A model generated the notes under the pieces. That model had not been told where the DNA came from, did not search any database, and saw nothing but the letters and a program-made list of their open reading frames with translations. DNA of 64,000 nucleotides, taken from positions 10,759 to 74,758 of the forward strand of contig JBKHCS010000003.1 of the NCBI GenBank assembly GCA_046541715.1, in the 5' to 3' direction. This document shows, one piece after another, positions 9,891-18,592 of the stretch; position 1 is the first letter of the stretch; every line of letters begins with the position of its first letter. The translations under genes and the position numbers were made by a program. The stretch is from Spirochaetaceae bacterium (GTDB lineage: Bacteria > Spirochaetota > Spirochaetia > DSM-27196 > PWMO01).

Positions 9891-11229
9891 ACAGGTTACG
9901 AACGATACAAAGACAATGGAGAGCATCGTCTCCCTCTGTAAGCGGCGAGGGTTCGTCTTCCAGAGCTCGGATATCTACGGCGGGCTCTCTTCCGCATGGG
10001 ACTACGGTCCCATGGGCGTCGAGCTCAAGAACAACATCCAAGCCTTCTGGTGGAAGGAGATGACGCAGCTCCACGACAACATCGTCGGGCTCGACGCGGC
10101 CATTATGATGCACCCCCGGGTCTGGGAAGCCTCGGGGCACGTCGAAAGCTTCTCCGACGTCATGGTCGAAGACACCGTCACCAACGAGCGTTACCGCCTC
10201 GATCTTCTGACCGAAGAAGAGCAACGGACCATGACAAGCCCGAACGGCAATCCGCTCTCGGAGCCGAAGCAGTTCAATCTGATGTTCAAGACCCACCTCG
10301 GGCCCGTGGTCGATTCGGGGTCCGTCGTCTACCTCCGGCCGGAGACCGCCCAGGGCATCTACGTCAACTACAAGAACGTCCTGCAGACCGCCCGGGTCCG
10401 CATTCCCTTCGGGATCGCCCAGGTCGGAAAGGCCTTTCGGAACGAGATCGTCACCAAGAACTTTATCTTTAGGACCTGCGAGTTCGAACAGATGGAGATG
10501 CAGTACTTCGTCCATCCTTCGGAAGACCAGAAGTGGTTCGACTTCTGGCGGGAGCAACGGATAGACTATTACAAGCGGATGGGCGTCCGGCCGGAGAAGC
10601 TCCGTTGGCGGGAGCACGGCCCCGACGAGCTCGCCCACTACGCCAAGGCGGCCTTTGACATCGAATACGAGTTTCCCTTTGGGTGGAAGGAGCTCGAAGG
10701 CGTCCACAACCGGACCGACTTCGACTTAAAGCGCCACATGGAATACTCCGGAAAGGACCTGGAATATCTCGACGACCAGAGCCGGGAGCGCTACGTCCCC
10801 TACATCATAGAAACTTCCGCCGGACTGACCCGAAGCGTGTTGATGGTCCTTGCGGACGCCTACGAAGAGCAGGAGATCGGGGAGAACGATGTCCGGACGG
10901 TGCTTCATCTACATCCCCTGGTCGCTCCGGTCACCGTCGCGGTCTTTCCCCTGGTCAAGAAGGACGGCCTCGCAGAGAAGGCTCAGGAGATTCAGAAGGC
11001 CCTCAAGGCGCACTTCATGACCTTCTACGACCAGAGCGGCGCCATAGGCCGTCGCTACCGTCGGCAGGACGAAGTGGGTACGCCCTTCTGCGTAACCGTC
11101 GACTACGAGACGATGGAAAAGGGGACCGTAACGGTTCGCCACCGCGACTCCATGGAACAGACCCGGGTTCCGGTTGATGAGCTCGTTTCGACGATTCGCA
11201 CCGCCATCGACAACTACCGGCGGACCTGA
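9883..11229 (+). CDS. glyQS: glycyl-tRNA synthetase (dimeric GlyQS type)
   Basis: CKRRGFVFQSSDIYGG and WDYGPMGVELKNN N-terminus with class II motifs. Overlaps the gltX end by 8 nt. Confidence 0.9.
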   Translation: MAEQVTNDTKTMESIVSLCKRRGFVFQSSDIYGGLSSAWDYGPMGVELKNNIQAFWWKEMTQLHDNIVGLDAAIMMHPRVWEASGHVESFSDVMVEDTVTNERYRLDLLTEEEQRTMTSPNGNPLSEPKQFNLMFKTHLGPVVDSGSVVYLRPETAQGIYVNYKNVLQTARVRIPFGIAQVGKAFRNEIVTKNFIFRTCEFEQMEMQYFVHPSEDQKWFDFWREQRIDYYKRMGVRPEKLRWREHGPDELAHYAKAAFDIEYEFPFGWKELEGVHNRTDFDLKRHMEYSGKDLEYLDDQSRERYVPYIIETSAGLTRSVLMVLADAYEEQEIGENDVRTVLHLHPLVAPVTVAVFPLVKKDGLAEKAQEIQKALKAHFMTFYDQSGAIGRRYRRQDEVGTPFCVTVDYETMEKGTVTVRHRDSMEQTRVPVDELVSTIRTAIDNYRRT

Positions 11230-11241
11230 GGCGTCGCAAGG

Positions 11242-12483
11242 ATGATTCTTGAAGAGCTCCGGGCTCGGGGCTTTTTTCAGCAGTGTACCGATTTCGACGC
11301 CCTCGGAGCCCAGCTGGAGAAGGAGCCGACCACGGCCTACGTCGGCGTAGATCCGACGGGTCCGAGTCTTCACGCCGGCCATCTGGTCCCCATTATGGCG
11401 ATGATCCACTTTGCCCGGGCAGGGCACAAGCCGATCATCCTGATCGGCGGCGGCACCGCGAAAATCGGCGACCCCTCTGGGAAGACCGAGATACGCAAGA
11501 TGCAGACCGAAGAGACCATCGCCGGGAACGCCGCCGCAATCCGGAAGCAGATAGAGGATCTCTGCAGAAGTCTCGACGTGGACCTTACCTTTCTGAACAA
11601 CGCCGAATGGCTCGACTCCCTCAACTACATCGCCTTTTTGCGGGACATCGGGCGCCACTTCTCGGTGAACCGGATGCTCTCCTTCGAAACCTACAAGCGC
11701 CGATTGGAGACCGGCCTCTCCTTTATCGAGTTCAACTATCAGTTGCTCCAGTCCTACGATTTCTTGGTGCTCCACGACCGACATGGCTGCCGCCTCCAGG
11801 TAGGGGGGGACGACCAATGGGGCAATATCGTCGCCGGGGCGGACCTGATACGCCGGACCACCGGGGACGACAACATATACGGACTTACCTTCCCCCTCGT
11901 TACCCGGGCCGACGGAAAGAAGATGGGTAAGACCGAGGAAGGCGCGGTATTTCTCGATCCGGCTCTGTTTCCGCCGTACGACTTTTTTCAGTACTGGCGG
12001 AATGTCCCGGATTCCGACGTTCGGCGGTTCCTATGCCTCTACACCTTCCTCCCGATGACCGAGATCGACGCCTTGGCGTCCGGCGACATAAACCAGGCGA
12101 AGGAACGTCTGGCATACGAGCTGACCCGGCTGATCCACGGCGAGACCGAGGCCACCGCGGCCCGGGACGCGGCGAAGGCCGCCTTTAGCGACGCGGGAGG
12201 CGGCGACCGCTCCGCGATTCCGGCGACCCCGGTCGACGCACGGGAGCTCGATGGGGGAATACCGGCCCTGGAGGTCTTTACCCGTTCCGGGCTTTCCGCC
12301 TCGAAATCCGAGGCCCGGAGGCTGATCCGCCAAGGGGGCGCCCGGATCAACGACCGGAAGATCGAAAACGAGGAGACCCTCATCGACGCGACCTGGCTCG
12401 AATCCGGGGAATTGCTCCTTCGGGCGGGAAAGAAGCGGTACCATCGGATGACCGTCGATTCGGAAGAAGACACCGGGAGGTAG
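11242..12483 (+). CDS. tyrS: tyrosyl-tRNA synthetase
   Basis: HAGHLVP (HIGH), KMGKT (KMSKS) and a C-terminal S4-like domain. Confidence 0.9.
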   Translation: MILEELRARGFFQQCTDFDALGAQLEKEPTTAYVGVDPTGPSLHAGHLVPIMAMIHFARAGHKPIILIGGGTAKIGDPSGKTEIRKMQTEETIAGNAAAIRKQIEDLCRSLDVDLTFLNNAEWLDSLNYIAFLRDIGRHFSVNRMLSFETYKRRLETGLSFIEFNYQLLQSYDFLVLHDRHGCRLQVGGDDQWGNIVAGADLIRRTTGDDNIYGLTFPLVTRADGKKMGKTEEGAVFLDPALFPPYDFFQYWRNVPDSDVRRFLCLYTFLPMTEIDALASGDINQAKERLAYELTRLIHGETEATAARDAAKAAFSDAGGGDRSAIPATPVDARELDGGIPALEVFTRSGLSASKSEARRLIRQGGARINDRKIENEETLIDATWLESGELLLRAGKKRYHRMTVDSEEDTGR

Positions 12484-12484
12484 C

Positions 12485-13315
12485 ATGGCCCTGGTTGGCC
12501 GCAGAAGCTCCGGGTGGAGAAACGCCCTTCTCTTCGCCGTCTCCATCGGCCTACTTCTGGCGCTCTGGTTTCTTTCGGCACGGCTTCTCTCCTCGTCGAT
12601 CCTGCTACCGGGACCGGGAGAAGTCCTCCGGGCCACCGCCAATCTCTTTCGAGGGGACGACTTTCTCGGACATGTTGGGGCTACCCTTTGGCGTTCCCTC
12701 GTGGCGTTTGCCTTCGCGACCGCCGGCGCCGGTGTTCTGGGAATCGCTGCCGGGATCTTTCCCTCTCTCGAACTCCTGCTCCGCCCCTGGGTCCTGATCG
12801 TCCGGTCGACCCCGGTTATCTCCATCATTCTTCTGACCCTCGTGCTCCTGAGAAGCGGCGTGGTTCCCGCGGTTGTCGCGCTGCTCATAACCTTCCCCCT
12901 GGTCTACGTTACCGTGGTCGAGGGGGTGAGCTCCGTCGACCCCGCCCTTGAAGAGATGAGCCGTCTGTATCGCGTTCCCCTGGGCCGGAGGATCCGGCGT
13001 CTCTACATCCCCTCCGTGGCTCCCTTCTTTCTCTCGGGCCTCCATGCGGCTCTGGGGCTCACTTTTAAGGTGGTGGCCGCAGCCGAGGTTCTGGCGCAAC
13101 CGCGCGCGGGAGTCGGAAGCGCGATGCAGGAAGCGCGGATTCTCCTGAAGACCGCCGAAGTCCTCGCCTGGACGGTGGTTCTTCTGGTTCTCAGCGCCCT
13201 CGGGGAGCTGCTCTTCCGGGGGCTCCGTAGGGGTCTCGGCCCTAGGCCGGCGACGGAAACCGTCGGGACAGAGGCTACGGGCGGTCGGACTCCGGCTGCG
13301 GTTCGGGAGCTCTAA
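12485..13315 (+). CDS. ABC transporter permease (NitT/TauT-like)
   Basis: Multi-TM protein starting 1 nt after the tyrS stop and followed by an ATPase. No binding protein is adjacent. Confidence 0.7.
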   Translation: MALVGRRSSGWRNALLFAVSIGLLLALWFLSARLLSSSILLPGPGEVLRATANLFRGDDFLGHVGATLWRSLVAFAFATAGAGVLGIAAGIFPSLELLLRPWVLIVRSTPVISIILLTLVLLRSGVVPAVVALLITFPLVYVTVVEGVSSVDPALEEMSRLYRVPLGRRIRRLYIPSVAPFFLSGLHAALGLTFKVVAAAEVLAQPRAGVGSAMQEARILLKTAEVLAWTVVLLVLSALGELLFRGLRRGLGPRPATETVGTEATGGRTPAAVREL

Positions 13316-13316
13316 G

Positions 13317-14024
13317 GTGAACAATCGAGGGGTCGGCTTCGACCGAATCGAAAAGGCATACGGTGCCACCCGCGTACTCGACGGCGTGACCCTCTCCCTC
13401 GTGGAAGGGGGCATCACCGTCGTTCTCGGACCCTCCGGGTGCGGGAAGACGACGCTCCTTAGGATTGCCGCAGGACTTCTCTCCCCGGACCAAGGGTCGC
13501 TTCCTGGTATAGAGGGGAAGGCCGTAAGCTTCGCCTTTCAGGAGCCGCGGCTCCTTCCCTGGCTCTCGGCCCGGGAAAACCTTCGCTATGTCCTGCAAGA
13601 CGTCGACGAAACGGCGATCGACGAAGTCATATCGATCCTGGAGCTTACGGGGTTTGAGGGTTTCTTTCCGGGACAGCTGTCCGGCGGCATGCAGCACCGT
13701 CTTGCGCTGGCCCGATGCTATCTCTACCCGAGCGAGCTGGTGCTCCTCGACGAACCCTTCCGGGGGCTCGACCTTCCGAGGAAGGTGCGGATGATGGAGG
13801 TCTTTTCGAGGCTCTGGGCCCGGGACCGCCGGACCGTCCTTATGGTGACTCACGATATCCAAGAGGCAGCCGTGTTGGGGGATCTGATAGCGATTCTGAG
13901 CGACCGTCCTGCGACGGTCCGTGCAAGGGTGGCACCCGAGGAGCCCCGGAGCGAACGCCGCCTCGGGGACGGAGCCCTCGAGGAGCTGCAACGGGAGTTG
14001 ACGACGCTACTGCTGGCGGAATAG
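13317..14024 (+). CDS. ABC transporter ATP-binding protein
   Basis: Walker A GPSGCGKTT, signature LSGGMQHR and Walker B LVLLDEPF. Confidence 0.8.
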   Translation: MNNRGVGFDRIEKAYGATRVLDGVTLSLVEGGITVVLGPSGCGKTTLLRIAAGLLSPDQGSLPGIEGKAVSFAFQEPRLLPWLSARENLRYVLQDVDETAIDEVISILELTGFEGFFPGQLSGGMQHRLALARCYLYPSELVLLDEPFRGLDLPRKVRMMEVFSRLWARDRRTVLMVTHDIQEAAVLGDLIAILSDRPATVRARVAPEEPRSERRLGDGALEELQRELTTLLLAE

Positions 14025-14066
14025 AAACCCGGGGCCTTCGGGTCCGGCATCTTCCGAGGGCCGGGG

Positions 14067-14714
14067 CTATTCGACGACCGCGCTCGCTCGAAGGCGCAGC
14101 TTGACCGAAAGGACCGCGTAGCCGGAGGAGAGATCCTCCTTCTGTACGACGACCCGCTCGGGCACCTTGAGCCTTACGTTGGTAAAGTTCCAGATCGCGT
14201 CGATTCCCGCCTTGATCAGAAGATCCGCCACGGCCTGGGCATGGGAGGATGGGACGGTGAGAATTGCGATCGTTATCTTCAGCTCCTGAATCTTCTCCGC
14301 CATCTGGTGGAGAGTGAAGACCGGCGTCTCGTGGATGCTCTTCCCGATCTTCTTCTTATCCATATCGAAGGAGGCGACGATGTTAAGCCCTCGTCGGCGG
14401 AACTCCCGGTAACCCATAAGCGCCGTTCCGAGGTTACCGGCACCGACGATCGCCGCCCGGTGGTCCTTTTGCCATTCCAGAAACGAATAGATCGATTCGA
14501 TCAGCTTGTCGACCGGGAAGCCGATCCGAGGCTTGCCGACAATACCGGTAACCGCCAGATCCTTTCTGACTTGGATCGGCTCGAGCTCCAACTCTTCCGC
14601 GATCGTGGTACCGGAGATAAACTCCTTGCCCTCTCTCTGGGCGTTCTCTATGACGTGCAGATATGAAGGGAGCCGCTTTATCGTCGGCTGGCTTCCAAGC
14701 TTGGGTCTGCTCAT
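14067..14714 (-). CDS. rex: redox-sensing transcriptional repressor Rex
   Basis: KRLPSYLHV winged-helix N-terminus and Rossmann motif IVGAGNLG. Start set to the ATG at 14714, which is preceded by GGAGG; the ORF-track TTG at 14738 is unlikely. Confidence 0.85.
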   Translation of the reverse strand: MSRPKLGSQPTIKRLPSYLHVIENAQREGKEFISGTTIAEELELEPIQVRKDLAVTGIVGKPRIGFPVDKLIESIYSFLEWQKDHRAAIVGAGNLGTALMGYREFRRRGLNIVASFDMDKKKIGKSIHETPVFTLHQMAEKIQELKITIAILTVPSSHAQAVADLLIKAGIDAIWNFTNVRLKVPERVVVQKEDLSSGYAVLSVKLRLRASAVVE

Positions 14715-14831
14715 AGATCGAACCTCCAGAGAGTGCAATGATTCCGGTTTTCACCGGGTGCGTCTGCGCTATGCAACAAACGCCGGGAGCCCGGCGTATT
14801 GCGCTTGAGTATAACGCAGTGTGCCTCTTTT

Positions 14832-14840
14832 TGGTAGGAT
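14832..14840 (+). promoter_or_regulatory. extended -10 element (TGgTAGGAT) 6 nt before the ATG at 14847
   Basis: No SD lies between it and the start codon, and no good -35 is present. Confidence 0.3.
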
Positions 14841-14846
14841 CAGACA

Positions 14847-16526
14847 ATGGCCAAGCGGCATCTGAGGTATGCATTCCTTACGCTCTTGTTCTTCTCGGCG
14901 GCCGGCGTGCCTCTCTTCGGGCAGACCGGCGTCCTGCGTTATGTAACCGGGGGGCTTTCTCCGGGGCCTCCCGCGTCCGTCGACGATCAGCTCTACGTTG
15001 TCTCCGAAGACCGCTATCTCTACGCCTTCGACTACGACGGTCTACGCCTCTGGCGTGCGGATCTGCGGCGGCGTCCCATCGGGCCCGCCGTACTAGGCCC
15101 CGACGGTACCATCTACGTGGCCCGGGACAACCGGGGGATTTCGGCGTACAACCGGCGGGGAGACCCTCTCTGGGACGCGGCGATTCGGGACATAACCTCC
15201 CCGCCGACGGTCACCCCCCGGGGTCTCCTGGTAGTTTCGCGAAACGGCGGCCGGATCTCCGTTCTTTCGCCCTCCGGCCGGCTTCTCAATTCCTTCCGGG
15301 GCCCCGGGACGTTTGGGGCCGAGCCGCTTCTTTCCTCGGACGGCTACCTGGTGCTTCGTGGGTCCGGAGGCGATCTCTCGATTGTCGACGGGGCCGGGAA
15401 TCTTGTCCGGCAGACCTCGTTCTCCCGGGCCCCCTCAGCGGTCGCGGTTATCGAGGAAGGGGGCCTCGCCCTCGGTTTTGACGACGGTAGGCTACTCTTC
15501 CTCGACGCCGACGGCCAGCTCTCCGGAGAGTGGAGGGCCCCGGCGGGGATTCGGGATCTCCGAATCGGAGGAACGACCGTCGCCGTCATCCTGACCGACG
15601 GGGTCCTCTGGGTCCTGGACCGGGAAGACGGCCGGGTCTGGCAGGCGAAACCTCCTGATGCGTTTCTCTCCGGAGTAGCTGTCGGAGAGCAATTGATCGC
15701 GGCGGTGTCCCAGGGGGGACACCTCTTCTACTATTCCCCCGTGGGGGATCTCCTGAGGGAATATCAGCTTCCGGAGAAGCCCGGTCTCGGCGACCCGACT
15801 ATTCTCGCCGGTGGCGGGGTCGCGGCGGTTGGGTCGAACTGGGTCGTCTACCTCTTTTCGACCGACGAGGAGAGCTGTGCGGCGCCATGGGGCTGTTATC
15901 GAGGGGGCCCGGAGCTACCCGGCCGAAGCAACGATCCAGGCGCCCGAGACCTCTTCTTACCCTCGGGCGTCGAAGGGAGCCTCGAGAGGATCTACTTCGA
16001 AAGGCTTCTCTTGTCCGACGATCCGGAGGAGCGCCGGACCGGTCTCGACGCCGTCGCCTCGCGGCTCGAGGAGGGACGCCTGGGGTCCATCCGGGTATAC
16101 ATCGTTCCCCTCCTTCGGAGCCTTGCCTTGGAGACACGAGGGCTCGGTAGATCCGCCGAAGAACGGCGCCGGGCTATCGGTATCCTCGGCCGGATTGGCA
16201 CCTACGAGGCCACAGGGGCCCTCTCGGACCTCGTTACGGGAGTCGAGGTGGATCTTCTCGAAAGCCTTGCCGAAGCGCTGGGAGGGCTTGGGAGCGATCC
16301 TACCGGGAGGGCGGCACGCTCCCTCCACCGGGTTCTTCTGCGAGAACCGAGTCCCCGTGTCGCCGGGGCTGTGGTCGAGGCTGCCGGCCGCTTGGTGGCG
16401 TACGCCGGAAGGATCTATTCGCCGTCGATCGAGGACATCATCTTGGAAATCTCGCAAGGTCGCTACCCGCTATCCCTAAAGAGGCGGGCATACCGCATCG
16501 GCTCCCTTGAATCCCTTGAGCCCTGA
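14847..16526 (+). CDS. secreted beta-propeller (PQQ-like repeat) / HEAT-like repeat protein
   Basis: Signal peptide LTLLFFSAAGVPLFGQ. N-terminal half has repeated G..Y(A/V)...G.L.A.D blocks; C-terminal half is helical and Leu/Arg-rich. Confidence 0.5.
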   Translation: MAKRHLRYAFLTLLFFSAAGVPLFGQTGVLRYVTGGLSPGPPASVDDQLYVVSEDRYLYAFDYDGLRLWRADLRRRPIGPAVLGPDGTIYVARDNRGISAYNRRGDPLWDAAIRDITSPPTVTPRGLLVVSRNGGRISVLSPSGRLLNSFRGPGTFGAEPLLSSDGYLVLRGSGGDLSIVDGAGNLVRQTSFSRAPSAVAVIEEGGLALGFDDGRLLFLDADGQLSGEWRAPAGIRDLRIGGTTVAVILTDGVLWVLDREDGRVWQAKPPDAFLSGVAVGEQLIAAVSQGGHLFYYSPVGDLLREYQLPEKPGLGDPTILAGGGVAAVGSNWVVYLFSTDEESCAAPWGCYRGGPELPGRSNDPGARDLFLPSGVEGSLERIYFERLLLSDDPEERRTGLDAVASRLEEGRLGSIRVYIVPLLRSLALETRGLGRSAEERRRAIGILGRIGTYEATGALSDLVTGVEVDLLESLAEALGGLGSDPTGRAARSLHRVLLREPSPRVAGAVVEAAGRLVAYAGRIYSPSIEDIILEISQGRYPLSLKRRAYRIGSLESLEP

Positions 16527-16534
16527 GCTATAAT
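16507..16534 (+). promoter_or_regulatory. sigma70-type promoter (TTGAAT-N16-TATAAT)
   Basis: Consensus -10 at 16529-16534, SD AAGGAGG at 16553-16559, ATG at 16569. Confidence 0.5.
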
Positions 16535-16568
16535 CGAAGTACGAACGACGCCAAGGAGGCTCCACATA

Positions 16569-18089
16569 ATGCTTGCGAAACGTTTCTTGCGACGCCCGGC
16601 TCTTACCGCGGTCCTCCTTGCGTTGCTCTGGCCCCTCTCGGTTCTCGGGCAGACCTCCCTCGAGGTAGATGAAGAGGAGCTCGAGTCTCAGATCGACCGG
16701 TCGGTAGAGTTTCAGAACTATACCGGCCCCTACGACCGGATCGATCCGGCGCAGGAGATCTTCGATATCGGTCGTTCTCTCGCCGCCCAAGCCACCGCCC
16801 CGGGGGGCCGGGGACGGATCGGGAATAGCTACCGGATAGTGCGGGCGACGGACCCGGAAGTCCTCGAAGGGCTCGACGGCGACATTCTCTACATCCTGCC
16901 GGAGGGGCGGGTGGACCACATCGATAATGTTCGTCGAATTCTCGCCGGGTACCTCGAGGAGGCCTACGACTACAGCCGCCCCGACGCCTTGCTTCTCGCG
17001 GAGCTTGTTACCATCTATAACGCCATTTACCGGGGCGATCTCGATTTCTACCGGGGTCGGTACAAGGACGTGGTCATCCGCAATCTGTCGCCGAATAACG
17101 TCGGGATCTCGACCCTCTATTCCGACTGGCCCGGGGCCACCGAACTGGTTACCCCCCTCGACCGCGGCGCCGAGCCGGGGCGCCTAAGGTCCATCGATCC
17201 GGTCGAGCTGACCGACGAAAACGTCGAACAGGAGCTCCGGGAGCGGGAGGACCGGGGCATCGAGACCCGGGAGGATGCCGTCGACCTGATGGAGCGGGCG
17301 ATCGACCAGGAAGAAGAGCGCGTCCGGGAGGAGGAAGAGGCCATCGCCGAGGCAGAGGAGGAGCTCCGGCGGCGGGAGGAGGAGCTCCGGCAGGACGCCG
17401 AGGAGGCTACCACCGAAGAGGAACGGCAGCGCATCGACGAGGAACAAGCGGAAACCGACGAGGAGCGCCAAGAGCTATCGGAGCGTCGTGAAGCGGTAGA
17501 GGAGGAGCGGGAGGACGTCGAGGAGCTCACCGAGGCGGTAAGGGAGCGTCGCGAGCGTATCGCCGAAGACCGGCGGGAGCTTTTGGGCGCCGCGGAGAGC
17601 GCCGCCGAGGCCGGTCAGGTGCTCTTTCTCCGGGTCGGGGAACGGGGAGACGGGCCTCTCGGTCAGCTGGTCTACGTCGATGCGGAGACGGGACGGGTGG
17701 AAACCGAGTCGCCGGTCGCGACGGTTACCAGCCGTGCCTATGAGCGCATTTCGGGGGACCTTCTCCTCGTCGGGGAATCCGACGGTCGCTCACGGTTGCT
17801 CCTCTTCAACTCCGAAGACTTGACCGTTCGCCTCTCGGGAGAGGACGAGATCTTCCCGCGAAGCATTCTCGTCGTGCGGGACGGGGGCCGGGAGATCTAC
17901 GCGGTTGTCCGGGCCGACGGGGGGTGGCATCTTGGCCGGTTCGACGATACCCTGTCGCTCCGGGAGCGCTCGACACTGGTGGTAACCCCCTACACGAACG
18001 TCGAGTTCGGCGAAGAACGGGTCTGGGTTCAGGGGCAGGACGGGGGAATAGTCGGTCTCGATTCTGGGACCTTGGATCGGCTTCCGTAG
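16569..18089 (+). CDS. secreted protein with Glu/Arg-rich coiled-coil, possibly P83/100 family
   Basis: Signal peptide present. The N-terminal domain (DGDILYILPEGRVDHIDNVRRILAGYL, ELVTIYNAIYRGD) resembles the Borrelia P83/100 antigen family as I recall it. The central segment is about 110 aa of E/R-rich sequence. Confidence 0.45.
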   Translation: MLAKRFLRRPALTAVLLALLWPLSVLGQTSLEVDEEELESQIDRSVEFQNYTGPYDRIDPAQEIFDIGRSLAAQATAPGGRGRIGNSYRIVRATDPEVLEGLDGDILYILPEGRVDHIDNVRRILAGYLEEAYDYSRPDALLLAELVTIYNAIYRGDLDFYRGRYKDVVIRNLSPNNVGISTLYSDWPGATELVTPLDRGAEPGRLRSIDPVELTDENVEQELREREDRGIETREDAVDLMERAIDQEEERVREEEEAIAEAEEELRRREEELRQDAEEATTEEERQRIDEEQAETDEERQELSERREAVEEEREDVEELTEAVRERRERIAEDRRELLGAAESAAEAGQVLFLRVGERGDGPLGQLVYVDAETGRVETESPVATVTSRAYERISGDLLLVGESDGRSRLLLFNSEDLTVRLSGEDEIFPRSILVVRDGGREIYAVVRADGGWHLGRFDDTLSLRERSTLVVTPYTNVEFGEERVWVQGQDGGIVGLDSGTLDRLP

Positions 18090-18100
18090 CAGGTTTCGAT

Positions 18101-18122
18101 GTATCAACAAGCTTGTTGATAC
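18101..18122. repeat. perfect 22-bp palindrome GTATCAACAAGCTTGTTGATAC (family copy A)
   Basis: Read directly. Sits in the 39-nt gap between the convergent stops at 18089 and 18129. Confidence 0.9.
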
Positions 18123-18128
18123 GTAGGG

Positions 18129-18575
18129 CTACTTCTTGCCCCGGCGGAAGATCTTGCGGAATAGGCTTACGATCGCCTGCCAGATCTTCTTGAAAAGGCC
18201 GGGATTTTTCAGGCGGTCGAGACGAATGTAGGCATCCGCAAGCTCGTCGGTACTCAGGTTCTTGCGCTGGGTGTTCTCGTCGATTTCAACCTCGAGGAGC
18301 GCCGTTTCTTGGTTGGTGTCGATAATAGATGCCGTAATCCGCTGCCACCCAAGGCGGCGGGCCGCCTCTAATCGACGATGCCCCGCGACCAGCTGCCGGT
18401 CTCGGGTAATCACGATGGGATTCAGAAGCCCGTGGCGCCGCATGCTGTCCATGAGCAAGGTCAAGTCTCCCAGGTTCTTCCGTATCCGCTTACGGATAAG
18501 GACATCTCCCACCGCGATCTGCACGAGCTCCCGCTCGGAAGAGGGGAGGTTATCCTTTGCCGGTTGTCTTTTCAT
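18129..18575 (-). CDS. ParB/Srx N-terminal-domain protein lacking an HTH, with a C-terminal amphipathic helix
   Basis: GHRRLEAARRLG (GxxRxxA box) and IDENTQRKNL (ENxxR box). Only 148 aa. Tail is GLFKKIWQAIVSLFRKIFRRGKK. Starts 17 nt after the mrcA stop on the same strand. Confidence 0.7.
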   Translation of the reverse strand: MKRQPAKDNLPSSERELVQIAVGDVLIRKRIRKNLGDLTLLMDSMRRHGLLNPIVITRDRQLVAGHRRLEAARRLGWQRITASIIDTNQETALLEVEIDENTQRKNLSTDELADAYIRLDRLKNPGLFKKIWQAIVSLFRKIFRRGKK

Positions 18576-18592
18576 GATCCATCCGATGGCTC

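Noticed and set aside
14739-14846. Looked for a Rex autoregulatory box (TTGTGAA-N4-TTCACAA) upstream of rex.
   Set aside because: No match. Only an imperfect GCGTATTGCGC..GTATAACGC repeat was found.
17220-17560. Repetitive GAGGAG-rich DNA, including GAGGAGGAGCTCCGGC twice.
   Set aside because: It is in-frame low-complexity coding sequence (the E/R coiled-coil) of the P83/100-like gene, not a CRISPR or tandem-repeat locus.
18101-18122. The palindrome as a canonical parS for the adjacent ParB-like protein.
   Set aside because: The sequence is unrelated to the TGTTNCACGTGAAACA-type parS, and the protein lacks the HTH that reads parS. Kept only as an open possibility in the palindrome-family finding.
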